Origin: Promethearchaeota archaeon | GTDB lineage: Archaea; Asgardarchaeota; Lokiarchaeia; Sigyniarchaeales; SOKP01 | Length of the DNA stretch: 38,385 nt | Assembly (NCBI GenBank): GCA_048940445.1 | Contig: JBHLON010000031.1 | Coordinates: 1-38,385, forward strand | Direction: 5' to 3' | Shown here: positions 17,121 to 27,335 of the stretch, one piece after another | How the letters are laid out: every line of letters begins with the position of its first letter | How positions within the stretch are numbered: the first letter of the stretch is position 1 | Program-made: the position numbers and the translations under genes | Notes under the pieces: model-generated | Databases searched by the model: none | What the model was told of the DNA's origin: nothing | What the model saw: the letters and a program-made list of their open reading frames with translations, nothing else

Positions 17121-18089
17121 ATGGATATTTTTACACATTTTTTAATGGCAATATTCATAAGTATCTATACTCTTTACTTCCTGCCTTTTAGTATTGTTCT
17201 TTATGCTGTGATATTGGCTGTAATTCCCGATTTTGATATTATTTTGGAACCATTACGGCGGATTAAAAAATCTAACTTTTTGTCTCATAAAGGACTTTCC
17301 CATTCTTTATTTTCGGCTTTTGCTTTTTCATTTATTACCACAATTATATTTACTATTATAACTAAGGAAGATTTTTTTATTGCATGGATTATGGGATTTC
17401 TTTTTTACAGTCTACATATTTTGCTCGATTTTGTGGCAGCATCAAAAATACCTATTTTTTATCCCTTCTCAAAAAAGAGATATCGATTTTTCATTGATAG
17501 GGCAATAAATTTCCCTTTAGCTTTAGTCTCCGGTCTTATTCTTTTATTTTATACATTAATCTTCTTCTTTTTACCACAACTTTTCTTTTCAAATCTGTAT
17601 AACTATTTTTTTGGATTTTATATAACATATTTCTCATATCGTATTGTTTCTAAAATATGGATTCAAACTAGATTACCTCCCAGTGCTCTCTACATCCCTG
17701 GTGTTATTCCCTTCACCTATTTAATCTATGAAAAAATTAATACAGAAAATTCAGATACTTTTCGATTAAAAAAAAAAATTCAATTCATGAAAAAAAATCA
17801 TATTATTTTTGAATCGAAGTTGTTGAAAACACCTGAAGATTTGAAATTTTATGATAAAGCAATAGACCTCGCAAAAGATTATGTATTTTTTACTAAGTGG
17901 GTAGCAATAATACCAGTTATAAAAAAAAGTAATGACCAATGTACTGTGATTCTAATTCTTGCAGAAAGTTATTTTCGGAAATCAGTTTATGGGCTAAAAG
18001 TGATTTTTAATAGAAGATCAGAACTAGTTGAGCAAATTTCCGAAGGGTTTAATATATTTAGACTCCTTTCAAATTTCACTATTTCATAA
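17121..18089 (+). CDS. membrane-bound metal-dependent hydrolase (YdjM-like)
   Basis: MDIFTH, IPDFD, HKGLSHS, LHILLD and IPIFYPFS motifs plus TM helices. Confidence 0.88.
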   Translation: MDIFTHFLMAIFISIYTLYFLPFSIVLYAVILAVIPDFDIILEPLRRIKKSNFLSHKGLSHSLFSAFAFSFITTIIFTIITKEDFFIAWIMGFLFYSLHILLDFVAASKIPIFYPFSKKRYRFFIDRAINFPLALVSGLILLFYTLIFFFLPQLFFSNLYNYFFGFYITYFSYRIVSKIWIQTRLPPSALYIPGVIPFTYLIYEKINTENSDTFRLKKKIQFMKKNHIIFESKLLKTPEDLKFYDKAIDLAKDYVFFTKWVAIIPVIKKSNDQCTVILILAESYFRKSVYGLKVIFNRRSELVEQISEGFNIFRLLSNFTIS

Positions 18090-18246
18090 TTAGATTCTAA
18101 AATTTAATTACGCTCGTAAACACTTTTCGTGAAAAAATCCGAGTCTAATAATAAATATTTAAATATATGTTTATCTGAAATAGTAATTGTCAAATCTAAT
18201 ATATATATAAAAATTTTTCAATAACATTTTAATAAGTGATTAAAAT

Positions 18247-19650
18247 ATGGAACGAAACACGAAAAGAATTATAGCTATAGTCGCCATCTTAGTTATCGCT
18301 GGGGCGGGTATTGGTGTTGGAGTTTGGTTTTTGTTAACTCCACCAGCATCAGTATACGTAACACCCGGAGTTTCAGGCATTCCAGATAATCGAATAATTA
18401 AAGTTGGATTACTTGGAGGCATTACCGATATACAAGGAAAAGGAAATTATGAAGGTGCTTGGCTTGCGGCTTATAATATAAATACAGCTGGTGGAGTCCA
18501 AGTTAACGGTACAACTTATTATATAGGACTTGTATCTGAAGATACAGATGAATCAAATCCTGTCCTTGATGTCACAAAAGGAGTCTCCGCTGCAGAAAAA
18601 ATTCTTGCAGTAGATGGAGCGCAGTATATCGTTGGAGGATTTAGAACAGAAGCTTTAAAAGCCTATTTAGAAGTTGTTATGGATGCTAAAAAGTTATTTC
18701 TTGGAACTGGAGCATCAACAGACTATTTCTGTTATAATGTTTACGGAGCAGCCTATTCTAGTTACAGTAGATATAAATATTGGTTTAGAGTTATGCCTAT
18801 TAATTCAACTTCATTAGGGAGTGAGACTATTAGAGAAATATTATATCTCGCAGGATATATGAGTGATCCCCTTGTACTGAACAAAACTATACATAAGGTG
18901 GCAATTATTCGAGAAGCTTTAGACTGGACCATTCCTATGGATACTGCACTTAATGACGTTCTTCCATTATATGGATTTACTATCACAAATGACATTGCAT
19001 ATCCAATTACAGCTACAGCAACTGATTTTGCTACTTATTGGAATCAAATCGAAGCTGCCGGCGCCCAAATAACAATTCCTATTATCTCTGCTCAAGGGGG
19101 AATTTACATGATGACCCAATATGCTGCTCTCCACCCACAATGTCTTATAGCAGGTATCGATGTTCAATCACAATTAGATACATTCTGGGGCGATACTACC
19201 GGAGATTGTGCATATGAAATCATAATGCAGTCAGTTCTTAGAACAAATAAATCAGCCCTAACTGTAGCCTTCTGGGATGATTTTGTGGCTACATATAATC
19301 ATGAACCACTGTATACTGCTGTAGGAGCTTATGATGCTGTGAATTTAATAGCTGAGGCTATTAACGCTACTGGAAGTTTTAGGACTCAAGAAATAATACC
19401 CTATATTGAAAGCTTTACTAAAGCTAGTCCACAGGCTGGAGCTAGCGTTACAGCACCATATTCAGCTTGGAACAAAGCTCATGATGTGTCAGAGGGGTAT
19501 CCATATGGTTTTACTTTATTCTGCCAATGGAAACCAGATAGTACAAAAGATTGTATATCTGCACCCCTTGTTTACCCAGATGTCGGGTTATACGGGAACA
19601 TAGTAACTGGAGGTATAGCACTCCCTCCTTGGGGTATTAATGACCCCTAA
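18247..19650 (+). CDS. livK: branched-chain amino acid-type ABC transporter substrate-binding protein
   Basis: N-terminal TM anchor, IKVGLLG, INTAGGVQV, GGFRTE, YWFRVMP and AYDAV motifs; heads the livHMGF cluster. Confidence 0.88.
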   Translation: MERNTKRIIAIVAILVIAGAGIGVGVWFLLTPPASVYVTPGVSGIPDNRIIKVGLLGGITDIQGKGNYEGAWLAAYNINTAGGVQVNGTTYYIGLVSEDTDESNPVLDVTKGVSAAEKILAVDGAQYIVGGFRTEALKAYLEVVMDAKKLFLGTGASTDYFCYNVYGAAYSSYSRYKYWFRVMPINSTSLGSETIREILYLAGYMSDPLVLNKTIHKVAIIREALDWTIPMDTALNDVLPLYGFTITNDIAYPITATATDFATYWNQIEAAGAQITIPIISAQGGIYMMTQYAALHPQCLIAGIDVQSQLDTFWGDTTGDCAYEIIMQSVLRTNKSALTVAFWDDFVATYNHEPLYTAVGAYDAVNLIAEAINATGSFRTQEIIPYIESFTKASPQAGASVTAPYSAWNKAHDVSEGYPYGFTLFCQWKPDSTKDCISAPLVYPDVGLYGNIVTGGIALPPWGINDP

Positions 19651-19664
19651 TAAAAACAAAATAA

Positions 19665-19678
19665 TTTCTTTTTTTTTT
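19665..19678 (+). terminator. oligo-T archaeal-type terminator after the binding-protein gene
   Basis: TTTCTTTTTTTTTT about 15 nt after the stop codon. Confidence 0.5.
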
Positions 19679-19859
19679 AAATTATATAGTATCATTTACA
19701 AATTTGAATAAAAAATAACAAACTTAAAATAAAGTTTTATATATTCTTTAATTTAAATAAGTTTAACATCACTTTGTAATAAAAATCTATAAAAATTTAG
19801 AGATTCTTTATCATAATTCTTATGTTTATCTGAAATACTAAAAGTAAAAGCGATTAAAA

Positions 19860-20822
19860 ATGGAAAAGTCAAGTAAAAAATCCCCATTAATAGTGCGTAT
19901 TGTTGAAATTGTGATCCCTTTATTCGTCATTATTGTTGGTGTCTGGATCTTAGATTTTTTAGATTATCCCATTATTGAAGTGATAATTTTTGGAACAATT
20001 GAAGCTTCTGTTTATGCCTTACTTGCTTTTGGATTCTCTTTAGTATATGGAGTTGGAGGGATCTTAAATTTATCTCATGGTGCATTCTATTTAATGGCGG
20101 GATATATTTTATTTTGGACTTTTAATATAACTGGTATAATTGGAGGCTCAATCATTTCGTTGGTTTTAATCACACTCATCGGAGGCGTTGCTTATCTTCT
20201 ACTAATACGACCATTACAAGAAAACCAGGTAGCGGTTCTTATTATGACTTTTTCACTGGGATTCTTCTTCGAAAATTTTATAAAAGTTTTTGGTGATACT
20301 ATCCCCCATGCAGTTCCTAGTATATTTGGAACTCTTAGTTTTGATATATTAGGTGTTTCGTTCCCAGCACAATTTTTTTTAATTTTAATCGGAGCATTAA
20401 TAGTAGTTGTTATTACAGGATTAGTGATAAATAAAACAAAGCTTGGTAAATCCATAAGAGCCGTTTCTCAAGATAGAGAAGCAGCAATGTTAATGGGTAT
20501 CAATGCAGATAGGGTTCTTATGTATACAGTTATGATTTCAGCATTTTTAGCAGGTATGGCGGCAATCTTATATGTACCTGCGTCATCTGTAGCGACTTTT
20601 ATGGGATGGGACGTTTTATCAACATCATTCGCTATAGTAATTTTTGGTGGATTAGGAAGTTTGAAAGGTAGTATAGTTGGGGCATTCATTCTTGGATATA
20701 CTCGGAACATTGTAAATTATTTTATTAATCCTGCTTTCTCTGCTATTGTTCCTATTGTGGTAATTGTATTAGTGCTTTTAATTAGACCTAGAGGTCTTTT
20801 TGGGAAGAAGGAAATATATTAA
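19860..20822 (+). CDS. livH: branched-chain amino acid ABC transporter permease
   Basis: YALLAFGFSLVYGVGGILNLSHG, TKLGKSIRAVSQDREAAMLMGIN, GGLGS, RPRGLFG. Confidence 0.93.
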   Translation: MEKSSKKSPLIVRIVEIVIPLFVIIVGVWILDFLDYPIIEVIIFGTIEASVYALLAFGFSLVYGVGGILNLSHGAFYLMAGYILFWTFNITGIIGGSIISLVLITLIGGVAYLLLIRPLQENQVAVLIMTFSLGFFFENFIKVFGDTIPHAVPSIFGTLSFDILGVSFPAQFFLILIGALIVVVITGLVINKTKLGKSIRAVSQDREAAMLMGINADRVLMYTVMISAFLAGMAAILYVPASSVATFMGWDVLSTSFAIVIFGGLGSLKGSIVGAFILGYTRNIVNYFINPAFSAIVPIVVIVLVLLIRPRGLFGKKEIY

Positions 20823-20852
20823 ACTTAAAATTGTAAGGAGTTATTTAAAAAA

Positions 20853-21893
20853 ATGTCACAAACAAGTGTGTTAAAAGAAAAGAGCCGTTTTAAAAAGAAA
20901 TTATCAGGTTCAAAGATATATCTCATTAACTGGATTAAAAGTTTTAAAGGTATATTAACAATTATTTGTTTAATTATTCTTTTCATTATACCACTATTTA
21001 CTCAAAATAGATATTATTTAGGTATTTTTATTGTAGCAATGATTTTTTCAATATTTGCCGCAAGTTGGGATTTCTTAGCTGGATTTACGGGACAGGTAAG
21101 CTTTGGTCAAGCAATATTTTTTGGAATTGCTGGTTATATCACTTCCTTCTTTATTCGTTTCATTTTCACTCCTTGGTTGGGAGAAACACTTTGGTGGTTA
21201 GCACTAATTATTGGGGCATGTGTTGGAGTATTATTTGGATTATTGATTGGACTTCCTGCTCTCAGACTTAAGGGACCCTATTTAGGATTAGGAACGTTCG
21301 TTCTTGGTTTAATTATATATTATGTATTCTCTAATGTTTATTTTACCCCTTGGTTGGGAGGGTCTGAAGGAATTTCCCAAATCCCCCAAATTTCTAGGAG
21401 TGCAGTACTAAATTATTATATACAATTAATCATAATGATCGTTTCTTTTGAAATTTTAATTTTAATCACTAAATCGAAAATGGGAACCGTTTTTAAATCT
21501 ATTCGAGATGATGAAAAAGGAGCAGAAGCATCAGGAATCAGTTTAACAAAATATAAAATCATTGCATTTATGATAAGTGGTTTTTTTGCAGGAATTGCTG
21601 GTAGTTTGTTCGCTATGCATAGTAGAGGAGTAAATCCTGGAGTATATCAACCCTTATATTCATTCTATGCTATAATTATGGCTTCTCTTGGAGGTATAGC
21701 AACGATTTCTGGATCTGCATTGGGCGCCTTTTTCTTTCAGTTTGTGGCTGCATTATTTACTAATTGGCCCGATATTTCAGTATTTATATTTGCAATTGCT
21801 TTGATAATAGTCATAAGATTTGCTGAATATGGTATTTTGAAGCCTTTACTAGAGAGGCTTAAAGATTTATTTGATATTTTAATAGGACGATAA
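20853..21893 (+). CDS. livM: branched-chain amino acid ABC transporter permease
   Basis: GFTGQVSFGQAIFFGIAGY, LRLKGPYL, SIRDDEKGAEASGI, YKIIAFMIS. Confidence 0.93.
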   Translation: MSQTSVLKEKSRFKKKLSGSKIYLINWIKSFKGILTIICLIILFIIPLFTQNRYYLGIFIVAMIFSIFAASWDFLAGFTGQVSFGQAIFFGIAGYITSFFIRFIFTPWLGETLWWLALIIGACVGVLFGLLIGLPALRLKGPYLGLGTFVLGLIIYYVFSNVYFTPWLGGSEGISQIPQISRSAVLNYYIQLIIMIVSFEILILITKSKMGTVFKSIRDDEKGAEASGISLTKYKIIAFMISGFFAGIAGSLFAMHSRGVNPGVYQPLYSFYAIIMASLGGIATISGSALGAFFFQFVAALFTNWPDISVFIFAIALIIVIRFAEYGILKPLLERLKDLFDILIGR

Positions 21894-21930
21894 TTATCTA
21901 TTATAATAAAAAAAATTTGTGAAAATTAGA

Positions 21931-22671
21931 ATGGGAGTTCTTTTAGAGGTTAAAAATCTAACTAAAAAATATGGCGGTTTAACAGCTGTTAATGATTTTA
22001 GTTTTGAAATTAGTCGTGGTGAATTTGTAGGATTAATTGGACCAAATGGTGCAGGAAAAACCACAATTTTTAATCTGATATCTGGATTTGAGAAACCAAG
22101 TTCGGGAAGGATCAGATTTGATGGAAGAAACATTACTGGTATGAAACCGAATAAGATAGTTAATTTAGGAATAGCTCGTACTTTTCAACTTGTAAGATCT
22201 TTTAAACTTTTAACCATACTCGATAATGTTACGGTTTCTTGTCTTTCACCAAGAGGTAAAAGAGTTGCTAAAAACTATGGAGTAGAAGAATATGCCAGTA
22301 CAATATTGGCATCTACAGGGCTAGTTGATAAAGCTAGAATCCCTCCAATTGTTCTGCCACATGGAGATTTGAGAAAACTTCAAATTGCTAAAGCTCTTGG
22401 TACTAATCCTCAATTGCTACTCCTTGACGAACCTTTTAGTGGACTTTCTCATGAAGAATCCGATGTTATTACTGAATTAATTAAAGCATTGCATGATGAT
22501 GGAACTACAATCTTTATGACTGGCCATGTGTTAAGAGAATTAATGCATCTTGTACCAAGAGTCATAGCAATGCATCAAGGTAAATTTATTATGGATGGAA
22601 CTCCTCAAGAAGTAGCAAATAATAGAGTTGTATTAGAAGCATATTTAGGTAAAGGTGAAGAATTTGCTTGA
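21931..22671 (+). CDS. livG: branched-chain amino acid ABC transporter ATP-binding protein
   Basis: GLIGPNGAGKTT, GIARTFQ, LLLLDEP, VLEAYLG. Confidence 0.93.
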   Translation: MGVLLEVKNLTKKYGGLTAVNDFSFEISRGEFVGLIGPNGAGKTTIFNLISGFEKPSSGRIRFDGRNITGMKPNKIVNLGIARTFQLVRSFKLLTILDNVTVSCLSPRGKRVAKNYGVEEYASTILASTGLVDKARIPPIVLPHGDLRKLQIAKALGTNPQLLLLDEPFSGLSHEESDVITELIKALHDDGTTIFMTGHVLRELMHLVPRVIAMHQGKFIMDGTPQEVANNRVVLEAYLGKGEEFA

Positions 22672-23368
22672 ATTAAAAAAAGTATATCATTATTATGGAA
22701 AGGCAAAATCACTGGAAGAAATTAATTTAAAAGTTGAAGAAAAATCTCTCGACGTGGTAATTGGTCCTAATGGTGCAGGTAAGTCAACACTCCTGAGAGT
22801 AATTTCAGGGCTAGAAGAACCTGATAGAGGAAAAATTACGTTCATGGGTGTAAGAATTGATGATATGAAGGCTAATGAAATTGCCAGAATGGGAATTGCA
22901 CATTGTCCAGAACGCAGAAGACTTTTTTATGATATGAGTGTTGAAGAAAATCTTCGTTTGGGTGCATACTCTCTAAAGGATAAAACGAAGTATAAAGAAA
23001 TAATGGATTTTATATTTGAATTGTTTCCACGCCTCAAAGAAAGGAAGAAACAAAGAGCAGGAACTTTAAGCGGTGGAGAACAGCAGATGTTAGCAATCGC
23101 TCGTTCACTTATGGCTAATCCGAAGCTTTTATTGATGGATGAACCTTCATTAGGTTTGGCTCCTAAAATTAAAGCAAGTATTTTTGATGCTATTCAAAAG
23201 ATCAAAAGTGAAGGAACAACGACGCTGTTAGTTGAACAAGATGCCGTATTGGGTATGAGAGTTGGTCAAAACATCCATGTTTTAGAAGAAGGTAAAATAG
23301 AAATGAGAGGAACGAGAGAACAACTAGAAAAAGAACCTCGAATTAAAAAAGTATATTTAGGAATATAG
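22664..23368 (+). CDS. livF: branched-chain amino acid ABC transporter ATP-binding protein
   Basis: GPNGAGKST, FELFPRLKER, AGTLSGGEQQMLAIAR, MDEPSLGLAP. TTG start at 22664 follows AGGTGA. Confidence 0.93.
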   Translation: MLELKKVYHYYGKAKSLEEINLKVEEKSLDVVIGPNGAGKSTLLRVISGLEEPDRGKITFMGVRIDDMKANEIARMGIAHCPERRRLFYDMSVEENLRLGAYSLKDKTKYKEIMDFIFELFPRLKERKKQRAGTLSGGEQQMLAIARSLMANPKLLLMDEPSLGLAPKIKASIFDAIQKIKSEGTTTLLVEQDAVLGMRVGQNIHVLEEGKIEMRGTREQLEKEPRIKKVYLGI

Positions 23369-23379
23369 GGTGATATAAT

Positions 23380-24882
23380 TTGTCTGCTCCGTTAGAAACA
23401 CTATTAAGAGATTCTCGAATTGATTTAGTATTATCTAGAATTGAAAAAGATCCCCTAGTAATCAAGGAAGTGATTGAAAATCTAGAAAGTGAAATTCGAT
23501 CAGTTAAATTCAACGCAATATTTGTTCTAGGAGAATTGGGAGAGAAATCTATAAATGCTGTTCCAGAATTAATGAGTTGTCTCTTAGATAATGATTGGAG
23601 TATTTGTCGTGAAGCTGCTCGAACTTTAGGGAAGATTGGAAGCAATGTAAAGGATGCTGTACCATATCTTTCGAGCTTATTAAAGAGTGAATATGACTCT
23701 ATCCGTAAAGAAGCTGCTATAGCTTTAGGTAAGATCAAAAATCCTACGCCTGAATCATTAAAAAGCCTAAATGAAGCATTGAAGGATAAGAATGAAGAAG
23801 TTCGAACAGAAGTAGTAAATGCTCTTAGTAATATTGGTCCTGAAGCAAGTGATTCAATCCCTTATTTGATGAAAAGCTTAAAAGACATAAGTTGGGCAGT
23901 TAGAACTGCTTCAGCTCAGGCTATAAAACAAATTGGTAAAGGATCTGTTAAAGCTCTGCCAAGTTTGCTCTCAACGCTTGATGATAAAGATTGGAGAGTA
24001 AGATATAGAATTGTTACCACATTAGCTGATTTGGGAGAAGCAGCGATACCAAGTTTATTAGATATGCTAAAACATAAAAATCGGATTATAAGAAAGGAGG
24101 CTATTGAAACGCTAGGAGAGATAAAACAATCTGATCCTAAAGTTATTGAGAATTTGTATTCTTTATTAAGAGACCAAAATGAAATAATCCGCGGTAAGGC
24201 TGCTGATGCCCTTCGTTCGATTGGAAGAGATTCAATACCTCTACTAATTAAGTCTTTCAATGAAAAACTGAAATTTTCATTCAGTTGGTTATTATATTGG
24301 ATACTACTTTTTTTAATGATTCCATATATGTTATTTTTATCTTCAGATTTTTTTATAATCTTCTTATTCGCTATATCTCTAATAATACCTCTAATTACTA
24401 CCCCCTATAGTATAATTAAATATTTTATAACTGACAACAGACGTAAAATAATTATTATTTCCTCAATTGGAGGCATCGGGACAGATGCTAAAGAAGCTAT
24501 CCCGTTTATGATTGAAATAATGCAAAACGATAAAAAGCCCTTACGAGTTGAGGCAGCAAGAGCGTTAGGTAGTATTGGAACTAGTTCAGAGGGTGCATTA
24601 CATGCTCTTCAACAAGCTTTAAAAGATAAATCGGCAATCGTTCGTCGAGAGGCGGCATTATCTATAGGTAAAATGGGCAAATTTGCTGAAAAGGCTATTC
24701 CATCATTGATGAATGCTTTAAATGATAAAAATCCTGATGTTAGATGGAGGTCAACTGAAGCATTAGCAAGAATTGGCGTAACTACACCAGAGATTATATC
24801 AAGCTTGAAAGCTCTTATACATGATGAATGTGATTATGTTTGTGAATCTGCGATTACTGCTTTGGATAGCTTAGAACAGTAA
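23380..24882 (+). CDS. HEAT-repeat (PBS-lyase-like) protein with an internal hydrophobic insertion
   Basis: Many repeats of the form AIPxLxxxLxDxxxxVRxxAAxALGxIG. Hydrophobic segment at about residues 298-348. Confidence 0.9.
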   Translation: MSAPLETLLRDSRIDLVLSRIEKDPLVIKEVIENLESEIRSVKFNAIFVLGELGEKSINAVPELMSCLLDNDWSICREAARTLGKIGSNVKDAVPYLSSLLKSEYDSIRKEAAIALGKIKNPTPESLKSLNEALKDKNEEVRTEVVNALSNIGPEASDSIPYLMKSLKDISWAVRTASAQAIKQIGKGSVKALPSLLSTLDDKDWRVRYRIVTTLADLGEAAIPSLLDMLKHKNRIIRKEAIETLGEIKQSDPKVIENLYSLLRDQNEIIRGKAADALRSIGRDSIPLLIKSFNEKLKFSFSWLLYWILLFLMIPYMLFLSSDFFIIFLFAISLIIPLITTPYSIIKYFITDNRRKIIIISSIGGIGTDAKEAIPFMIEIMQNDKKPLRVEAARALGSIGTSSEGALHALQQALKDKSAIVRREAALSIGKMGKFAEKAIPSLMNALNDKNPDVRWRSTEALARIGVTTPEIISSLKALIHDECDYVCESAITALDSLEQ

Positions 24883-24964
24883 TAAATTTTCAAAATCTTT
24901 TTATTGAATAATATATCTTTTGAATTATTATGAATTATCTAATTTTAGGAGGTATGTATGCAGA

Positions 24965-26653
24965 ATGAGTGAAATCAATCCTTATGCTTCTAAACCTTGG
25001 GTAAAACACTACGATAAAGGTGTTCCCGAACATATAGATTATCCAGAAATAAATGTTTATGAGTTTTTAGACAATGCAGCAAAAGATTTTGGCAGTCGTA
25101 CAGCAATATGGTATTTGAAAAATAAAATAACTTATAAAAAGTTAAAAGACTCGGCTGAGAGATTAGCTACTGCACTTGTTGGTATGGGTATTAAAAAAGG
25201 TGATGTTGTTGCCATTATGATCCCAAATTTTCCTCAATTCATAATGAGTTATTATGGAATATTAAAAGCTGGGGGAATAGTGACTTGTGTGAGTGTTCTT
25301 TATACTGAGCATGAGTTGATGTACCAATTAAATGATTCTGGAGCGGAGATTATTATTGCGTGGGACAATCAAGTAGATAAAATTAATAAAGTTAGAGATA
25401 GAACTCGTTTACGACATGTTATTATTACAAATGTATTTGATTATTCTCCAATGGCTCCAAGAAATCCTCCAGAGATATCAGGAACTCATCAATTCCTCAA
25501 TTTAATCGATAACACGAAACCAAATCCTCCTAAATTTGAAACTAATGCAAAGGAAGATATTGCATGCCTTCAATATACGGGTGGCACAACAGGTGTTCCA
25601 AAAGGTGCTATGTTAACTCATTATAATCTTGTTTCAAATTGTTTGGCTACACTTTCTTGGATAGGTACCGAATTAAATAGAGGAAAAGAAACTATTCTAA
25701 CGAATTTACCGCTTTTTCATATCTATGGACAAACCGTATGTATGAATATTCATATTCATTATGCTTCAACGATAGCATTAAACCCTGATGCACGAGATCA
25801 GAAGTCACTTTTTGAAATAATAAAAGCTACACAACCTTCAATATTTCCAGGAGTCCCGACTATGTATATGCGGTTATTAGAAAGAGATGATTTGGAAGAT
25901 TATGCTAAATATCTTAGATCTATAAGAATTTGTAATACAGGAGCTGCTCCAATGCCTCCAGAAGTTCTTAAAGAATTTGAAGAAAGAACTGGTGGAAAAG
26001 TATTAGAAGGATATGGAATGACAGAAACTTCACCAGTGACTCATAGTAATCCAATAATCGGAGAAAGAAAAATAGGTTCTGTGGGTATGCCAATACCAGA
26101 TACGGAAGTTAAGATAGTTGATATTGAAGATTATACAAAAATACTCCCTCTTGGAGAAGCAGGAGAAATTATGATGAAAGGTCCTCAAGTATTTAAAGGT
26201 TATTGGAATAAACCAGAAGAGACGGCTAATCAATTAAAGGATGGATGGGTTCTAACGGGGGACATTGGTAAAATGGATGAAGATGGTTATTTTTATATAG
26301 TAGATAGGAAGAAGGATATGATAGACGTAAGTGGGTTCAAAGTTTATCCACGTGAGCTTGAAGATGTCTTATTTGAACATGAAGCTATAGAGAATGTCGC
26401 TATTATAGGTGTTCCTAATCCAGATCTTCCAGGCAGCGAAAAAGTAAAAGCCTATATAGTGTTAAAAGATGGATATCAAGAATCTGAAGAAATGAAAAGT
26501 GAAATTAAAGGCTTTTGTCAACAAAATATGGCTCCCTATAAAGTTCCAAAATTTATTGAATTTAGGAAAGAACTTCCAGAAACCTTAGTGGGCAAAGTAC
26601 AGAGAAAGGAATTAAAGGATATTGAAGCTAAAAGACGAGGAGAAGAAGTGTAA
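24965..26653 (+). CDS. long-chain fatty acid--CoA ligase (AMP-binding)
   Basis: QYTGGTTGVPKG, EGYGMTETSP, TGDIG, DRKKD, VGKV. ATG at 24965 follows AGGAGG. Confidence 0.93.
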   Translation: MSEINPYASKPWVKHYDKGVPEHIDYPEINVYEFLDNAAKDFGSRTAIWYLKNKITYKKLKDSAERLATALVGMGIKKGDVVAIMIPNFPQFIMSYYGILKAGGIVTCVSVLYTEHELMYQLNDSGAEIIIAWDNQVDKINKVRDRTRLRHVIITNVFDYSPMAPRNPPEISGTHQFLNLIDNTKPNPPKFETNAKEDIACLQYTGGTTGVPKGAMLTHYNLVSNCLATLSWIGTELNRGKETILTNLPLFHIYGQTVCMNIHIHYASTIALNPDARDQKSLFEIIKATQPSIFPGVPTMYMRLLERDDLEDYAKYLRSIRICNTGAAPMPPEVLKEFEERTGGKVLEGYGMTETSPVTHSNPIIGERKIGSVGMPIPDTEVKIVDIEDYTKILPLGEAGEIMMKGPQVFKGYWNKPEETANQLKDGWVLTGDIGKMDEDGYFYIVDRKKDMIDVSGFKVYPRELEDVLFEHEAIENVAIIGVPNPDLPGSEKVKAYIVLKDGYQESEEMKSEIKGFCQQNMAPYKVPKFIEFRKELPETLVGKVQRKELKDIEAKRRGEEV

Positions 26654-26717
26654 CCCACTTATAATTTAACAAATCACTTAATAACTGAATCTTTTATTTC
26701 TTATTTTTTTTCATATT

Positions 26718-27323
26718 ATGCTAAATATTGTCCGTGAGTATGCAAGAAAAACATATAACTCCAGTGATATTCATGGATACCCTCATATTGAACGAGTTTA
26801 TAACTTATGTTTACAGATTGCTAAGGACTTAAATGTAAATATTGAGACTCTAAAAATTGCTGCTCTATTGCATGATATTGGAAGATTCAAACAATTAGAT
26901 AACAATTCTAAAAGAAATCATGCTGAGGTTTCAGCGTATATAGCCGAAAAATTCTTGAATTCTAAAAATTTTAAAGTTTATAAATTTGATATTAAAAATA
27001 TTCTTTATTGTATAAGAACCCATTCTTTTTCTAATGACATTTTACCTATCACTCTTGAAGCAAAAATTTTATCTGATGCAGATAAATTGGATGCAATTGG
27101 AGCTATTGGATTGTATCGCACAATAGGATACACAATTCAAAAATTAGGTAATCTAAATAATGTAATAAACCATTTAGAAAATAAAATTCTTAAAATAAAG
27201 GATTTATTATTCCTTGATATCTCAAAAAAAATCGCTGAAGATAGACATAAGATTGTTATTGATTTTTATGAAGAGATTAAAGAAGAAATTTCTTTCAAGT
27301 CTTTTGATAATAATGAACCATAA
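26718..27323 (+). CDS. HD-domain metal-dependent phosphohydrolase
   Basis: HGYPHIERV, ALLHDIGR, NHA, THSF, DADKLDAIGAIG. Confidence 0.92.
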   Translation: MLNIVREYARKTYNSSDIHGYPHIERVYNLCLQIAKDLNVNIETLKIAALLHDIGRFKQLDNNSKRNHAEVSAYIAEKFLNSKNFKVYKFDIKNILYCIRTHSFSNDILPITLEAKILSDADKLDAIGAIGLYRTIGYTIQKLGNLNNVINHLENKILKIKDLLFLDISKKIAEDRHKIVIDFYEEIKEEISFKSFDNNEP

Positions 27324-27335
27324 AGGTGTAAAAAA

